Shown piece by piece: positions 1 through 13,609 of a stretch of DNA of 64,000 nucleotides. The notes beneath the pieces were generated by a model. It was not told the origin of the DNA. It searched no databases and was given only the letters and a program-made list of their open reading frames with translations. Numbering within the stretch: the first letter of the stretch is position 1; every line of letters starts with the position of its first letter. The stretch is from Lama glama (lineage: Eukaryota). The stretch spans positions 46,502,001 through 46,566,000 of the forward strand of contig CM052816.1 in assembly GCA_028534125.1 (NCBI GenBank), given 5' to 3'. Both the position numbers and the translations under genes were made by a program.

Positions 1-984
1 ATTGCATATTTAATTACTTAATGTATAAATAATTTAAGTTTGAATTGGACTTGAACTTTTCATTTCCTAGAACTTTGAGATATATGACCAAGGGAAGTCT
101 GACCATTGAATTAATCCATTTCTCTAAAAATCAATGTACCAGAACCTGGTTCAGATCTAGAAAGGGTCGGCTCCACGAGTTTAAATCCTACCACTGATTA
201 GAGGTTTTCAATTAGAGAACTCCCTAATAGCTATGGATTCCTTAAATTTTCTCCAGTTAGGGGTAATTTTCAGTCAGGTATTCAAGGCAGAATACTAAGT
301 ATATCGTCAGAAAAGCAGAAGTTATGATAGAATAATTAGAAATGTTTTCATTTACTCTTGCTACAACTCCTGCAAGACATTAGGATTTAGTTATTACTTA
401 TAGCTCCCTTGCCAACTTTCATTCTCTAAGACTGTGGTAGTCTTTGTACTGCTCAGAGATACTCATTAGGTCAGAAAAACAATGTCCTGAAAATTTTTTA
501 AAAGACATGACCGCAACTGAAGATGTGCTTGAGGTGCAGGAGAAAATGGGTTTCAGTGTTGCCTAGCCAGAAATGACAAACAGGATACGGGTTGGCTCCT
601 TCCTCTAATTTCTTTATACTGTCTTTTTGATAGGAAAAATCAGAAAGGAGAGCTTTGAAAAAAACAATTAGCTGGGTTGAGAATGACAACTGGTTTGTAT
701 GATGTTCTCAGCAACCTCTTGACCCAATGGCGGTGTTACATCTGGTTTAGAGGTGGACATTTGTGGCTTGAATGATTCACCAAAATACGGCTGCTTCAAG
801 AGGAGAAAAGCAACCTTTGTATAACGTTTTTCAACTTTTTCTTTACAGGGCAGAGTACTTCTGGCTTTAGCCACTTTTTTTGTGTTGGTCAGATTTTTTA
901 TTTTTCCACTCTCAAAAATCACTGTAAGTAGACCATAGTCACTGAAGTCAGAGATCAAGGATCGTATCTATAAAATCTGGCAGA

Positions 985-1222
985 AAATATAGTACATAAA
1001 AGCATAGACTCTGTATCAGACCATCTCAGTTAGAATTTAGTTCCACCAGTAACCCTGGAAAAATTGTATAACCTTCAGTTTATTTATCTGTAAACTGTGC
1101 CTAATGCAAGTCTTGGGATGATTAAATAGGTCGGTACATATAAAGCATTCCAAATGGACCCTGACATATAGTAGACACTATATAAATGATTTAGTATCAT
1201 CATTATCATTGTCATCATCATT
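985..1222 (+). mobile_element. MIR SINE fragment
   Basis: MIR core-like 'ccttcagtttatttatctgtaaa' and 3' part 'gattaaatagg...aaagcatt...tgacatatagtagacact' with a (tca/tta)n tail; boundaries approximate. Confidence 0.7.
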
Positions 1223-3039
1223 AAGTAATTTTCTCAGAAGTTAAAACTAAATAATATATATCTAATAGATTATCACATAATCTAGTTGGCCAATAGCAAT
1301 ACAACATTTTCAAAATTACCCTATTTTAAATAATTTTTTTCTATTTCAAATACTTTTGTTGATCCAAATGATGCACATATATCTAAAAGGACAAGCAATG
1401 TTAACACCTTAAACAGTATTTTAAAAAATACTGAATACCTTTCTGAAGCTTTGGATCACAGTTGTCATGGTCATTTTTACTTATTTTGGTCCTATTTTTT
1501 TTAACCTAGTGATTAGTGAACTTTTTCGTGAAGGAAGTTTTATTGGCTTTTAAAAGTCAGATTGGGAATAAGAAGAAAAACAGTTTCTGCTTGTCATTAG
1601 CAATAATTTAAGCAAACAAGTATGCTTGATAGAAATACCTAATTTTTTTATTGTGAACACAAGTGTCAGCAAAATTCACAACTTGCTTTAGAACAGCTTA
1701 GAGCAGAGTGTTCCTTGAAATCTAGCTTTGGCATTTGTCGAAATTGTCAGTACTTAAGTAGCCTTTAAGACTTTGTTTAAAGATGTCACTCTGGGAAGAC
1801 ACTTACCCTAAAACGTATGATGAAGCCCAGCTGGGGGAAAGATGGGTGATCATATGCATCCTAGTAAGGGATAACTAAATAAGAACTGTCCCCAGCCATG
1901 CTTCAAAATTCTCAAAAGGTCTCTGGAAAGAGATAATTTAAATATTCTCTTGTGTGGGGTCATTTTTAATTTTATTGTGCTGTCTTTTATAAGATATGCA
2001 AATTATTTACAGAGTTTCCAGCTCTGACTCAAATAAGTTTCAAAACTGAAACAGAACATGGTGTGGGAAAGGGACCAACAAAAGAATTCTCTGCTTGAAA
2101 ACATTTTCCCGACTGTTCAGCTTCAGAGGGGAAATGGCAGTAGTGACAGGAAGCATGCAGTATACATTTATGCCTTTAGAAGCATTCTCATGCCCCCCCC
2201 TTTTTTTTTCTTTTTTTCTTTACAAATAAAAAAACAACAGGAAACTTTCTTTATCTTCCATTATGGTCTAGATTATTTACAGTTTTATCACTATCTAAAA
2301 GAGCAGAGGAGTTGGCAGGTTTTAGTCTAGATTTTTCTAAGTGTTTTTTTAAAGATTAGTATCACTTTTATATCTCATTTATATTAATTAAAAGCCATCA
2401 GTGATCAAAAAAATCACCAGGTCCTTCCAAATTTTAAATATGCAAATTTACTAGTGTTGTATATCTTATACAACCCATGATACTACTTAAAAAAAGCCAT
2501 ATACAAATGCAGTTCTTCAAAACCTACATATGAAAAATCATCCAGCCAAGTACACTGGCAGGAGTCAATTGGTACTGCCCTAGGGTTGTTCCACCCTAGT
2601 TTTTCATAGTATATGCACATTTAACACAAGTTTTAATACTCAAGTCCTATATGATCCAGTGTTCAAAATTTCCTCAATGGAATTTTAGCTCAAAAGAAGT
2701 ATTTGAACTATTTCTTGTCAAAAGAGTATCATGGAGTCTCATTTATTAATTTATTTACTTAATGAAATAAACCATTATAACCTCTGCTCTTTTGGCTAGA
2801 ATACTTTCTTTTGCACTGCAATTATACATAACTTACAGAAGATACCCAATGAATTACTGATGAAGGTTTCTAAATTAAAGTTAATAAGCTCTTCAGCATC
2901 TGACTTAAAATTAGGCAGCGGATCTTTAATCTGGTAACAATCTGGATTTGGAGACTTCATTTTCAAAACAAAATTTAAGGCAGTGTATCACATCAGCATT
3001 TCAAAAACATCTAGAAGTGTTTAAAAATGTACATCATGG

Positions 3040-4431
3040 GAGTAGCAGAGATAAAGACTGAGTCCTCAGTAAGGAACTATTACCCCAGGGTGATAGTCAG
3101 CTATCTGGCGGCAGGTTGATTACACTGGATCACTTTGACCACAGAAGAGAAAACATTTTGTTCTTACTGGAATGGATACTTTCTCTGGATACAGATTTGC
3201 ATTCCTTCCATGTAACACTTATGTCAAAATTTTTATCTTTGGACTTATAGAAACCTTATCCACCATTATGGTATTCTACACAGCTTTGCTTCTGACCAAA
3301 GAACTAATGTCACAGCAAATGTAGTCAAGAAATTAGCCCTCGCTCATGGAATTCACTGTTTTTTATCATATTTTCCACCATCTTGAAGCAGGTGACTTGA
3401 CAGAATGAGGAAATGGCCTTTTGAAGACTCAATTACCTCATCAGCTTGGTGGTAATACTTTGTAAGTCTGGGGCAAGATTCCCAGGGAGGCTGTATATGT
3501 TCTGATTCAGAATTCAATATATGGTACCGTTTCACTCACAGCCAGGATTCACGGATCCAGGAACAAAGACGTGCAATTGGGAGTGACAATATTAAGTATT
3601 ACCCCTGGTGACTCATTAGGAAATATTTTTCTTCCTGCCCCCACAATCTCATGCTCTATGGGCCTACTTCTTAGCTCCAAGAGAACGAATTCTTCCACTA
3701 GGAGACACAATGATTCCACTGAACTGAAAGTGAAGAGTGCTACTCAGCCACTTTGGGTTCCTCATTGCTCTGAATCAATAGGCAAAAAAAGGCATTAATG
3801 TACTGACTGAAGTAACATGCTTATTACCAAGGAGAAACTGAACTGTTACTCCTCAACGGAGATAAGGAAGAGTATGGTAGAACACAAGAGATCTCTTAGG
3901 ATGTCTCCTACTATTATCATGTTCTGTGACTAATGTTAGTAGAAAACTACACTCCAGTTAAGACAGGACTACTAATGGCCCAAACCCTTTAGGAATCAAA
4001 GTTTTGGCCACCTCACCAGGTGAAGTACAAAACCAGATGAGGAGCCTGATGAAGGCAAAGAGAATACAGAATGGGTAGTGAAAAAGAAGTAGTTATAAAT
4101 ACCAGTTACAACCATATCGCCAGTTACAGAAATTAGTACTGTATTTCTTCATTTATTATATGTTTGTGTGTGTGTGTGTATGTGTCTATATAATGTAACA
4201 TAGGATGTACTGACTCTGTATCACGGTATTCAAGCTATAAGGCATCAAGAAGAGTTAACATCATTCAAGTACTTTGCATCCTCTTCTGCGGAAAGGGTTA
4301 GTGCATTTGGGGTTGTATGGAGGGTAGTTGTACCATGTTAGGTGGAAGTATGACTTTGTTATTGTCTTTATTGGAAGTATAAGTATGGTTTAACGAGATG
4401 TGTATGGATGCAAGTTGACAATGTGTGTACT
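3040..4431 (+). mobile_element. ERVL (HERVL/MLT2-int) internal fossil: disabled integrase, dUTPase-like region and 3' internal region
   Basis: From 3106 the + strand reads WRQVDYTGSL*PQKRKHFVLTGMDTFSGYRFAF, later SDQRT and HLEAGDLTE*GNGLLK. These match the ERVL integrase motifs WQVDYIGPL, GIDTYSGY, SDQGTHF and ERWNGLLK, with in-frame stops. It runs directly into an MLT2 LTR. Confidence 0.9.
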
Positions 4432-4909
4432 TGTGATGGTTAATTTTATGTGTTAACTTGGCTGGGCCATGGGATATCCAGATATTTGGTCAAACATTAT
4501 TCTGGGTACTGCTGTGAGGGTATTTCTGAATGAGAATAACATTTAAATTGGTAGACTCTGAGTAAAGTAGATTGTCCTCCATAATGTGGGTGGGCCTCTC
4601 CCGATCAGTTGAAGACTTGAATAGAACAAAAAGACCAGACTCCTCCAAGCAAAAGAGAATTTGCCAGCAGACCACCAACAGACTTCACCTGCAATATTTG
4701 CCCTTTTTGACTTTATATCAAATAGCCTTCAGACTCAAAGTGGAACATTAGCTCTTCTGGGCCTCCAGCCTGCTGGCCCCCTCTGCAGATTTAGAACTTG
4801 CCAGCCTCCACATTCATATGAGTCCGTTTCTTACAATAAATCTCTTTGTGTATACACACACACACACTCCCTACTGGTTCTGTTTCTCAGGAGAATTCTG
4901 ACTAATATG
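4432..4909 (+). mobile_element. MLT2-family LTR (3' LTR of the ERVL)
   Basis: Starts 'tgtgatggttaattttatgtgttaacttggctgggcc...atatttggtcaaacattattctggg', has AATAAA and a (CA)n tract, ends 'ctggttctgtttctcaggagaattctgactaatat'. Confidence 0.92.
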
Positions 4910-5019
4910 AGTAAATTAACTTTTTGTTATGACCAAATGAACATGTCTTTCTTGGTCCTTCCTGTAATTCTTATGTTATTCAATTTCTGTCTGTCTTTTT
5001 CTCTCTGCTATCCAGCTGT

Positions 5020-5500
5020 CCTTCTATTTCCTAAATTCATGATATTCACCAAAGAATCCTTTCCTTGGAAAACTTTCTTCCTTGATGATTTCATTTCATA
5101 TCAACTTGAACTAGTATCTCAAATCATTCTCAATTATACTTCCAGCCTGAACTCCCTCTTAAGTAACAGATCCTCCTTTCCAAAGGCTTAAAAGTGATCT
5201 CCATCTGCTTATTCACCAGATACCTCAATGTGTTCAAATCTGGACTATGTTTTTCTTCTAAAAGAAAAGTACACCATGTCCTATTTTCATTATTCTGTTA
5301 ATAATAAAAACTTCCACCCTGGTTACTCCAGCTTAAAATCTCACTCTTCACTTTCTTTTTCTACACTTTCTTTAGTGCACATTTTCATCTGCACTATCTC
5401 TGGCATCTGTTCCCTCCCCTGCAATCACTCCTCCTCCTCTTCCATTCACACTTTGGTTCAAGCCTCAGGTAAGTTTCCCCAGCTAAGGAACTTTAAGAAC
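5020..5500 (+). mobile_element. L2 LINE fragment
   Basis: Pyrimidine-rich degenerate L2-like text ('tccagcctgaactccctc', 'acctcaatgtgttcaaatctggact'). Confidence 0.55.
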
Positions 5501-6169
5501 CTTCTAAAGGGTTTATCTTCTAGACTCTTCACTTTCATTCATTTTCCTTATGATTCTGTAATTATTTTCTCAAGGAAGTCATACAAAAATCTTAAGTGGA
5601 AAAGAAATGAATAACCAATAGCTCAGGAAAAACATTTCCTACCCAAATAAATAAACCCAATTTCTCTCTCTAATTGGAGGCCCTGGCCATCATAAAGTCA
5701 ATCCAAATTGTGAGGTAGCTGTGTTTTTGATGCAGCCTCAAAGCAGTAAGCCACACATGAAGAATGTAGGACAGAGCATAACTTCAAGGGTACAAGGTAG
5801 AATCTAGACAAATATCAGATTCAGGATAATGCCAAGGGTTCAACGTCTTGCAAGAGAGAGATGGGTAAGCATGGAGGCTCCAGAGGCTACAGTCAACCAG
5901 AGGGAAACGGATGAGCAACCAACCTCAGCGACAGGGATATTACAATGAATTCTCTCTCCAGCCTTGTGGAGACAGCTGGCACTGCCCTAGGATGATCCTC
6001 TCTAATTGATACTAAGAGGAGCACTGCCCCCGAGAATGATTTGCTGTACGTCTTTAATATGCCTTTCAATGACAGGATTCTTGAAAGCAAAGATAATCAT
6101 TTCCATAGCTGTATCTTACACAGCACTTGGTTGTTAAAAATAATAATACCTTTACGTTGGTGACAAAAC

Positions 6170-6660
6170 AAAACCCTTCAGCATAATGTTGAGGTTTTCC
6201 ATGATCAAACTCCAGTTTATCACCTCAAACTTACTTCTCATCACAGATTCCTGGCTCTAGCAAAACTTAACTGATGTTTCAAGCACAAAGTTCTGATTTC
6301 CAGCCACTATACTAGTACTCTTCTAGGTGACCATAATTCTTTTTCTCAGTTCTCTATGTCTAAGTCACACTCAGCCCTCACAGACAATCTTCAACTTCAA
6401 TGCCATTTCTTTCAGGAAATCCCACATCTCAGTAGGAAATTCTCTCTCACTCTCTCTTTCTCTTTGCAAATTCAAGGTAAAATACAATCCTTTCTGAAGT
6501 CATTTATAATCTCCCTCTTATACTATAGTTGCTTGTATACATCAAGTCTTCCTACTTTTCTGTCAGTTCCTTGACAACCATTTCTATCTGAGGCATCCTG
6601 GCAGGCCTCCTCTACAACAGTCATCTTGTACACTATGAACACAATACATGTTTGTTAAAA
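6170..6660 (+). mobile_element. L2 LINE 3' fragment
   Basis: 'ttcaacttcaatgccatttcttcaggaaatccc' and terminal 'caatacatgtttgttaaaa' resemble the L2 3' end. Confidence 0.5.
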
Positions 6661-6889
6661 TAATACATTTCAGTTAAACTTCTAAAGGTTTTTAAATATA
6701 TGGTTTATATAAATGTTTTTTGACAACCTAGTACCTCAGCAGTAAATGCAATTTTAACAAACATACTAATTCTGTCTCCCCAATTCTAATTAGATATATT
6801 CCTGCCATAGTTTTCTAAGAACCCCATCAGATATGGCAATAGATTTTCATCTAGTATCTGGGAAATCCTGATAAACGTAGACACAATTT

Positions 6890-7125
6890 GAATAATAAGA
6901 ATAAGAATAGTTACATATATATAGCACTTGGGATGTTCCAGACACTGATCATTATATACATTAAGTCATTTAATTCTCATAACACACCTATGATGTCACT
7001 ACAAAAGAAGAAATGGAGGAACAAAGGGCTTAAGAAATCTGCCCTAATTCACACAGCTAGTAGGTGGCAGAGTCAGGATTAAACTCCATGCAGTCAGGAC
7101 CCAGAGTCCATGCTCTTAATCCCAC
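6890..7125 (-). mobile_element. MIR SINE
   Basis: 'tcatttaattctcataacacacctatga...cacagctagtaggtggcagagtcaggattaaactcc...agagtccatgctcttaa' is typical reverse MIR. Confidence 0.85.
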
Positions 7126-10100
7126 TCAGCAAAACACATGTTCCCTCCATTACTCAGAAAAAGGCCCAAGTGGAAGGGATGATCCCTGGCTTGAAGGACA
7201 CATCACCTTCTAGCTCACTCCAGAAGGTGACCCTTGAACCTCTTCTCAAAGGTGAATGGAGAGCACTCTAGACCAAAGAGGATATGAAGGATCAAGGACC
7301 CCACTGGTATTTTTAAAACAGCATTTGTGCAACAAAAATTCTAGTATATATCATCTCCAAAATCATTATATAAGGCTTTTGGTTCAGGGAGATATAGAAA
7401 ATGACGTGTTTTAAGGGTGTTGCTTTGTAGTAGCCTCAGAACCAAATTTTCTAAAAAGTAAAGTAGAATATATGTGAAGACTGGAATCACGAATATCCTT
7501 ACTGCACACACCCTGCTGTGAGCGACTCTTTGAACAGAATTGCTGCTTAGACTTCAAACCATCACTGTGACCTCAAGAGGTTAGCAGAAAAGAAATATAT
7601 TCTTTGGTTCAGAAACCGTAACATGGGTATAATACCATTTAAAGGCACAAGATTTAGAACTCAATGTGGCTTTTGGGGAAAAGTCAATCAGTCCTCTTCT
7701 GAAAAAAGAGGAAAACTCAATGAAGTATAATGTTTTCAAATTCCAGATTAATATACAGACCTAACAGCAAAATCTTGTTTTGCCCATAAAAATAGACGCT
7801 ATGTTCTTAAACACTGTTAAATGAATCATGTTCTTCAACTGATCATGTTCATACCAGACATTTTTGACTTTGTGACAATCTTTTCAGTGTGAAATGGCAG
7901 ATACCTGCTAGGGCTCTGGAGAAAGAAACAGTGAAATACAGGCTACATGAAATGTATTGGGCCTGTGGAGAGAATATGACATAAGAGCTGGAAAAACCCA
8001 AAGTGATTCAAGAGGCAAGCCAGGTAGTCCTAGTCTAAAGCAGTAGATTTAAAACACATATCCATAGATACGGCTGATCAGGGACAGAGGTTTATTAAGA
8101 AACTGTCCTCAAAAAGAGGCCAAAAGTATCTATATAAGTTTATGACCAGGAAAAAAAATCTCTCTGGCTTTCATTAAAAGGAAATTCTGAAATCGTATCT
8201 CACAGACTCACAGGATTATAATCTCATGATGATCATCCTACCCTCCTTCTGAGAATCTAACCAAAAAGGGATTTTCTCTTCTTTTTCTGAAGCCAGGAGA
8301 CAAAAATAATAAGATAAATAGTTATTATTATTATTGTTATAAATAAGATAACAAAATCAAAGAGGGGTGGAAAAAATTAAGAAAAATCTAACTTTAGTTT
8401 GTGTCATTTCTTATAAAATATATCATGTTACATCATTCTCTTTTCTCAGAGAAATTCACTGAGATAAAGCCTTGCTAGTTTTCTATAGTGTTGTCATTCT
8501 GACCATGTTCATTATACTAGTACATTTTGTTACTAGAGTAGTTGGTATATAATGACTTAATCTCCAGCATTCATGATAAACATTTGCTCAATACAACAGA
8601 TGCTCTTAGATTTCCTTTAAGGGACTGATTAATAAAAAAGTATTGGCAGAAAAAGAAAAAAAAATCTAGTCACTTTTGATGAAAAAACTATTACTAGAAG
8701 ACTTACATGATGTTCACAGCCTCAAGTGAGTGATTTTATCATTCCAAGCTGTTTAAAATAATCAGCCTCATAAAACTTTAATGACCACCACTTTCTCACT
8801 CTGTATTTATAGCGAAGCCTCCTCATTCATTTACAAGGAGACAGACTAAATTCTCAAATACTTGCATTATTCAAGTCTTACATCGCATGAGCTTTCTCTA
8901 TTTCAAGTTTCAAATGTGTCCAAGTCAGTTTTAGCCTCATGATACAGACTATATGACTTTTCTATACAAATTTCAGACTCAGACAATTGATAATATTTAG
9001 ATATTATTGATTTTTTAAAAATTTAATTAACTTACTATATTGAGTCCACTGAAGTATAGCTTTACTATTATTCCTTGGGCTGAGATTACTATTATAATTT
9101 ACTGGGATGATGCCAAGAGTATACAACTAACAGGTCATCTATAATAAGCAAAGTGGAAAAGCATATTCCCTCTGCACAGGTGGATGATAGTCTTTGTGCC
9201 AAATAATATAGCATTTCTTTCCCTACTTGGTACTTTAAACATGCATTTTGTTGTCAGGCTCCCTGCCAATAGGCTGCATGGGTCGAAATGGAGCCTAGCT
9301 GATAATTCAAAAGGTGAGTTAATTAGGAGTGCAGCTTGGAATGTTATCAAGCTGCTACTTAGACATCTATCTGCTTTCCATACAGGTGTGAAATATTGAC
9401 AGCAAATTTTAAAAGTGTAATGACATTTTTACCTTTCACTTACTTGATTAAATTTTGATATGACTCATACTTTAAGGAAATAGAAACTATCTTTGTTCAA
9501 GCAGCTATTTACCATGAGAAAGCACTTGGGGTATTCAAAAGAAATGTAGTATTAAATCTATTAAGAAAATATTCTTGAGACCTCCTACATTCTTCCATTA
9601 TAGTACAAAGGCTGATTTTGAGACATACTGGTCAGAATTAACCATTTATACCTCAGTACCTTTCATTCACAGGTTCTAAGAATGAAGGCAGATCACAATG
9701 AGGCTTTGCTAGTTTATAATATTATACTCACATATGATCACATATCCTGGGTGAATAATAGGCCACAGTAGAGAAAGGATTTCAACTGAGAGCTATTTTT
9801 GTCTCAGGAGAAGCAAAGACTATAAAGAGGCCCAAATCTTGATGTATATCTGGTAATTTATCTGGGTGAGAATTAGGTGAAAAAACTTAGACAACATAAA
9901 GGGAGAAAACTCTAACGTATGGTTTACCATCACACTCCTAGTAGTTCAATTTTTTTAAATAAGTATATTGTGATTAATGAAACACTGAGTATCTGAATAT
10001 CCTTTTTGGAACTGCCATAGTTTTTTTCCTAAAATACTAAAAGACTATGCACAATAAGGAGATAAAGCAATTAATTAGGAAATGGTTTCTATATAATTAT

Positions 10101-10420
10101 TTCCCTTTTTCTCATCTCTCCCAGTCAAAATCAGACATCAGCTTCAATATCATATCTCAATGTCATTCCTTCATTTCTTGATTTCCCCAAAATAAAAGGT
10201 AATATTGCTAAACCTCTAAGCCTGTGTTTGTAGACTTACGAAATTCTTTACATATGACCTTTAAATATGTTCAAATATTTTACTCACTTTACTATGAATG
10301 ATAAAGATTATGATGGTGATGATAAAAAAGTTAGGAACAGAATTAAGGATAGCAATGTTTTAAAAACTAAACGTAAAAAAAACACATAATTTGGATCTTT
10401 TTTATGTATTTGTGGGAAAT

Positions 10421-10930
10421 ATGTATCTTAATTTAGTTTCACTGAAGGCAGAGCCTCACACAAGGATGTGAGAGCACACAGCTTAATCAGAAGGTCAGCC
10501 CAATAAGCAGAAGTGAAGGAGGGGGGTGAGGCAGAGAAGTAAAAAATGCAAATAGAAGAGTATATTACTGCGTTTGCGGGTATGTCATGACTCAATTTTG
10601 CTGGGACCTGTGAGAAGCATACAGAAGGCCTTCCAACACTGTCTACCTGAACAAGAGGAACTCTTATTTCCTGTTTTTTAAGAGTTGTTTTCATGGGCAA
10701 TATATACCTTACCCTTAAAGGCCCCACAATTCTCAACAATGCTCACTCAGGCCACAGCTCAGAGAAAGACCAGAGGATAAAACCTGAAAGATACACATCA
10801 TGTACCTGAGATGGGACACCACCATCCAGAGAAGTCAGCCTAGGCTCACAAGGAACCACAGAATACAACCATGAGTGCAATTATAGGTAGTGGAAAGATG
10901 TGACAAGGGATATTAAAAATGCCCACTGTG
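10421..10930 (-). mobile_element. Ancient ERVL solo LTR (LTR33/LTR16-like)
   Basis: 'tgtatcttaatttagtttcactgaaggcagagcctcacacaaggatgtgagagcacacagcttaatcagaagg' resembles the LTR33/LTR16 terminus; subfamily uncertain. Confidence 0.55.
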
Positions 10931-11297
10931 ATAAGATTCAAGTTAATTTTCAAACAACCACTTTTCCACAAGCTTTGTTGTTAAAATTTTAAAGTCAGTC
11001 TTAGATCAAAATGTAATTAAACAATTATATCCCTGACCATATTTATGATGGAGAAGTGATTAGCTAAAACGTCTTGCCCCTGAGCACAGGCTGGTGGTCT
11101 TTATTATAATAAAAATTTGGTCTTCTTTAATAAAGTAGCCCAATCTCAGCTTGAGTGAAAATGATAACAGGCAGAGATATGATCAAAATGTACACAGCAG
11201 GAAGAAATTAGAAAAAAAAATCCAAGATAGTTTGTAAACTTGTGGCAAATGAGATTACTGATTGGAAAAAATTACTTCCATCTCTCTCTCCTCACCT

Positions 11298-13594
11298 ATG
11301 GTAGAGTGTTATATCAGTAGTCCCTAATAAATCATACTTCCAGATGTTTAATACTCCTATGTGATAGCTCTGTGACTTGCTTTGTCCAATGGGACATTAC
11401 CAACTATGATTCAGGCAGAGCCTGATAAACATTTGCACAGTGAGGCATATTCTTTTACAACTCTCTCCAGGAAAGGCAGGCACCATATACATATCATGCC
11501 ATAAAGAAACTCAGACTAAACTACTAAATAAAAAACCCTGCAGGAAAAGAAGCCATCCTAGATTTTCTGGCAGTAAGTGATGTTTAAGTAACTCAGTTAC
11601 ACCATGAGACGCTGAACAACTATCCATAACCATGAACTATGTCATAAAATCATAAGAAATAATAAAGCATAATTGTTTAAGCTACTGAATTCAGGTAGTT
11701 TGTTTTGTAACAATGTACAGCTGATATAGAAATTGGTGCCAGACATGGAATTCTACGTAACAAGCACCTAAAATATATGGCATTGACCTTGGGGACGGCA
11801 AGTGAACAGAGGCCTAAAAGAATGGCCAGGAGACTATTAATGGAAGCTTGAAAAGCAGTATGAAAATTGCCATTTGAAGGCTGGAGAAAAGAGAATCTTT
11901 TATTGGTAGAAAGGTAAATGAAATTATTGCCTGTGATAACTTTGAAGACAGAAAGTGTACTTAAGGAACTTGTGGATATTTCTTTGTAGAATGTTGAAAA
12001 TGTCAGTTGGCTCCAATGATAAGGTATTGCAGGAGAAAGATGAACTAAAGATAGAATTGGTCAATTTCCAAGGAGAATTTAGAAAGGATATTTCCAACCC
12101 AGAACTTGATGGGTGGGAAAATGAAACTCCTACTTAGTTTCAGTCTCCCCAGACAGTAAGAATTTCTCAAGTAAGAAATGATCTCAAGGCAAAGATAAAA
12201 TCCAGAGTACTACCACAATACATGACTTTGGGGTCAAGATCAAATAAAAGATTAAGATGTGATATCCTTTGTTAAAACATTAAAAGATTTAAAGGAATGC
12301 TTTACAGACCCTGTCAGCTAAATAAAATAACTTCCAAGAGTTCCCAGAGCATTGTTCTACTGTAGGCAGCCTCAAGTAGAGAGGAATTGGTCTTGAAGAG
12401 ATATATGTATGTGGCTTTTATCTAATGGAGTAATTTATAGTTTGATATACTGAAAACCCATATGTCTTTTAAAGGAGTTGAATCAACCTGGGACAAAAAA
12501 CAGTACAAAAATAATAGATGTCCCTAGGCCCTCACCTCTGAAGGCAGGAAATAAGCTGGATAATTTACTCAGCCTCAAACATATGACATTTCCTATGGAA
12601 AATGAAGAATGAATCAAAGAGCAAAACTAAGAGCTGAAAAGGTGAAGCTAAGAATCAAGAGTATGCAGCCATGAGCTATGGATGGAAGAACTAGTCCCCA
12701 AGAAGCATAATTGGACCCTAGTCAAGGAAAAAAATCCCTGAACTAAGAATGAGGGGAACTGAGGGCATGTACCCAAATGATTACAGAATTGCTATGGACA
12801 GTAACTATTACGCGTCTTCAGTTCCTCCTCCTTTTAAATAAAAGCCTCTATTGTGTTTATCCTGTCCCTGTTTCGCCACTGAGTATTGGGTATGTGGGAA
12901 ACAGAAAGTTTGTCTCAGTTTACAGGATTTTGCTACCCAAGAAGCTATGTCTGAGGAGTAACATCCAAGGATCTACACATGACGAACCATAGCAAGACAC
13001 TTCATTGCACTCTGACTTAAATGATGAAACTGGAAGTTCAAGCCCGAGTTTGATGCCAAAATGGAATTAGGATTTGGGAATGGTAGGAGCTGTTATATTT
13101 TACAAGTGCAATGGATGTAAATCATTAGGAAGCAGAGGGTGATCTGTGGCACACCATTACATTAATGGTTCCTTAACAGACCACAGCTCCATTTCTTTAT
13201 GCTCCTGTATAATCCTCTACCATACTGGCCCTCATCTTGGCCAAGTGACTTTGGCCAAGGGGGCATTACCAAGTATTTTGCAAGCAGAAATTTGATAATC
13301 ACTTACATTTTGGTGCTTGTGACCTTGGAATACTTCCTCTTGGAAGTCAGTTGCTTTACTATAAAGAAGTTTAGGCTACATTACTGAATTCCAAGAACCA
13401 TGTGGTGAGAGGCTCTGTAAGATGAGAGACCATCTTAGATTTAGCTATACAGAGCTCCCAGGTGAATGCAGCCATATACATGATTGCAGCTACACCACAG
13501 GGAGCAGCAAAACTGCCCAGCTGAGCCCAGTCAACACAGGATAGTAAGCAATAAATCACCATGGTGTGTTATACACCACCAGATAACTAAAGCA
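11298..13594 (+). mobile_element. MaLR MLT1 element (MLT1F/G/H-like) with 5' LTR, internal region and 3' LTR
   Basis: 5' LTR ~11298-11727 ('tgtgacttgctttgtccaatggga', ends 'gtttaagctactgaattcaggtagtttgttttgtaacaatgtacagctgatata'). Internal region starts 'gaaattggtgccaga...cctaaaatatatggcattgacctt'. A purine tract precedes the 3' LTR ~13145-13594 ('gtgactttggccaagggg', ends 'agataactaaagca'). Confidence 0.8.
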
Positions 13595-13609
13595 CCATTA
13601 TCATGAGAG

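Noticed and set aside
1414..1433. AT-rich inverted repeat cagtatttt-aa-aaaatactg
   Set aside because: Short and low-complexity; expected by chance in AT-rich DNA
4661..5191. Longest ORF in the track (176 aa)
   Set aside because: Non-ATG start; runs through the MLT2 LTR, a (CA)n tract and L2-like sequence; no recognisable domain
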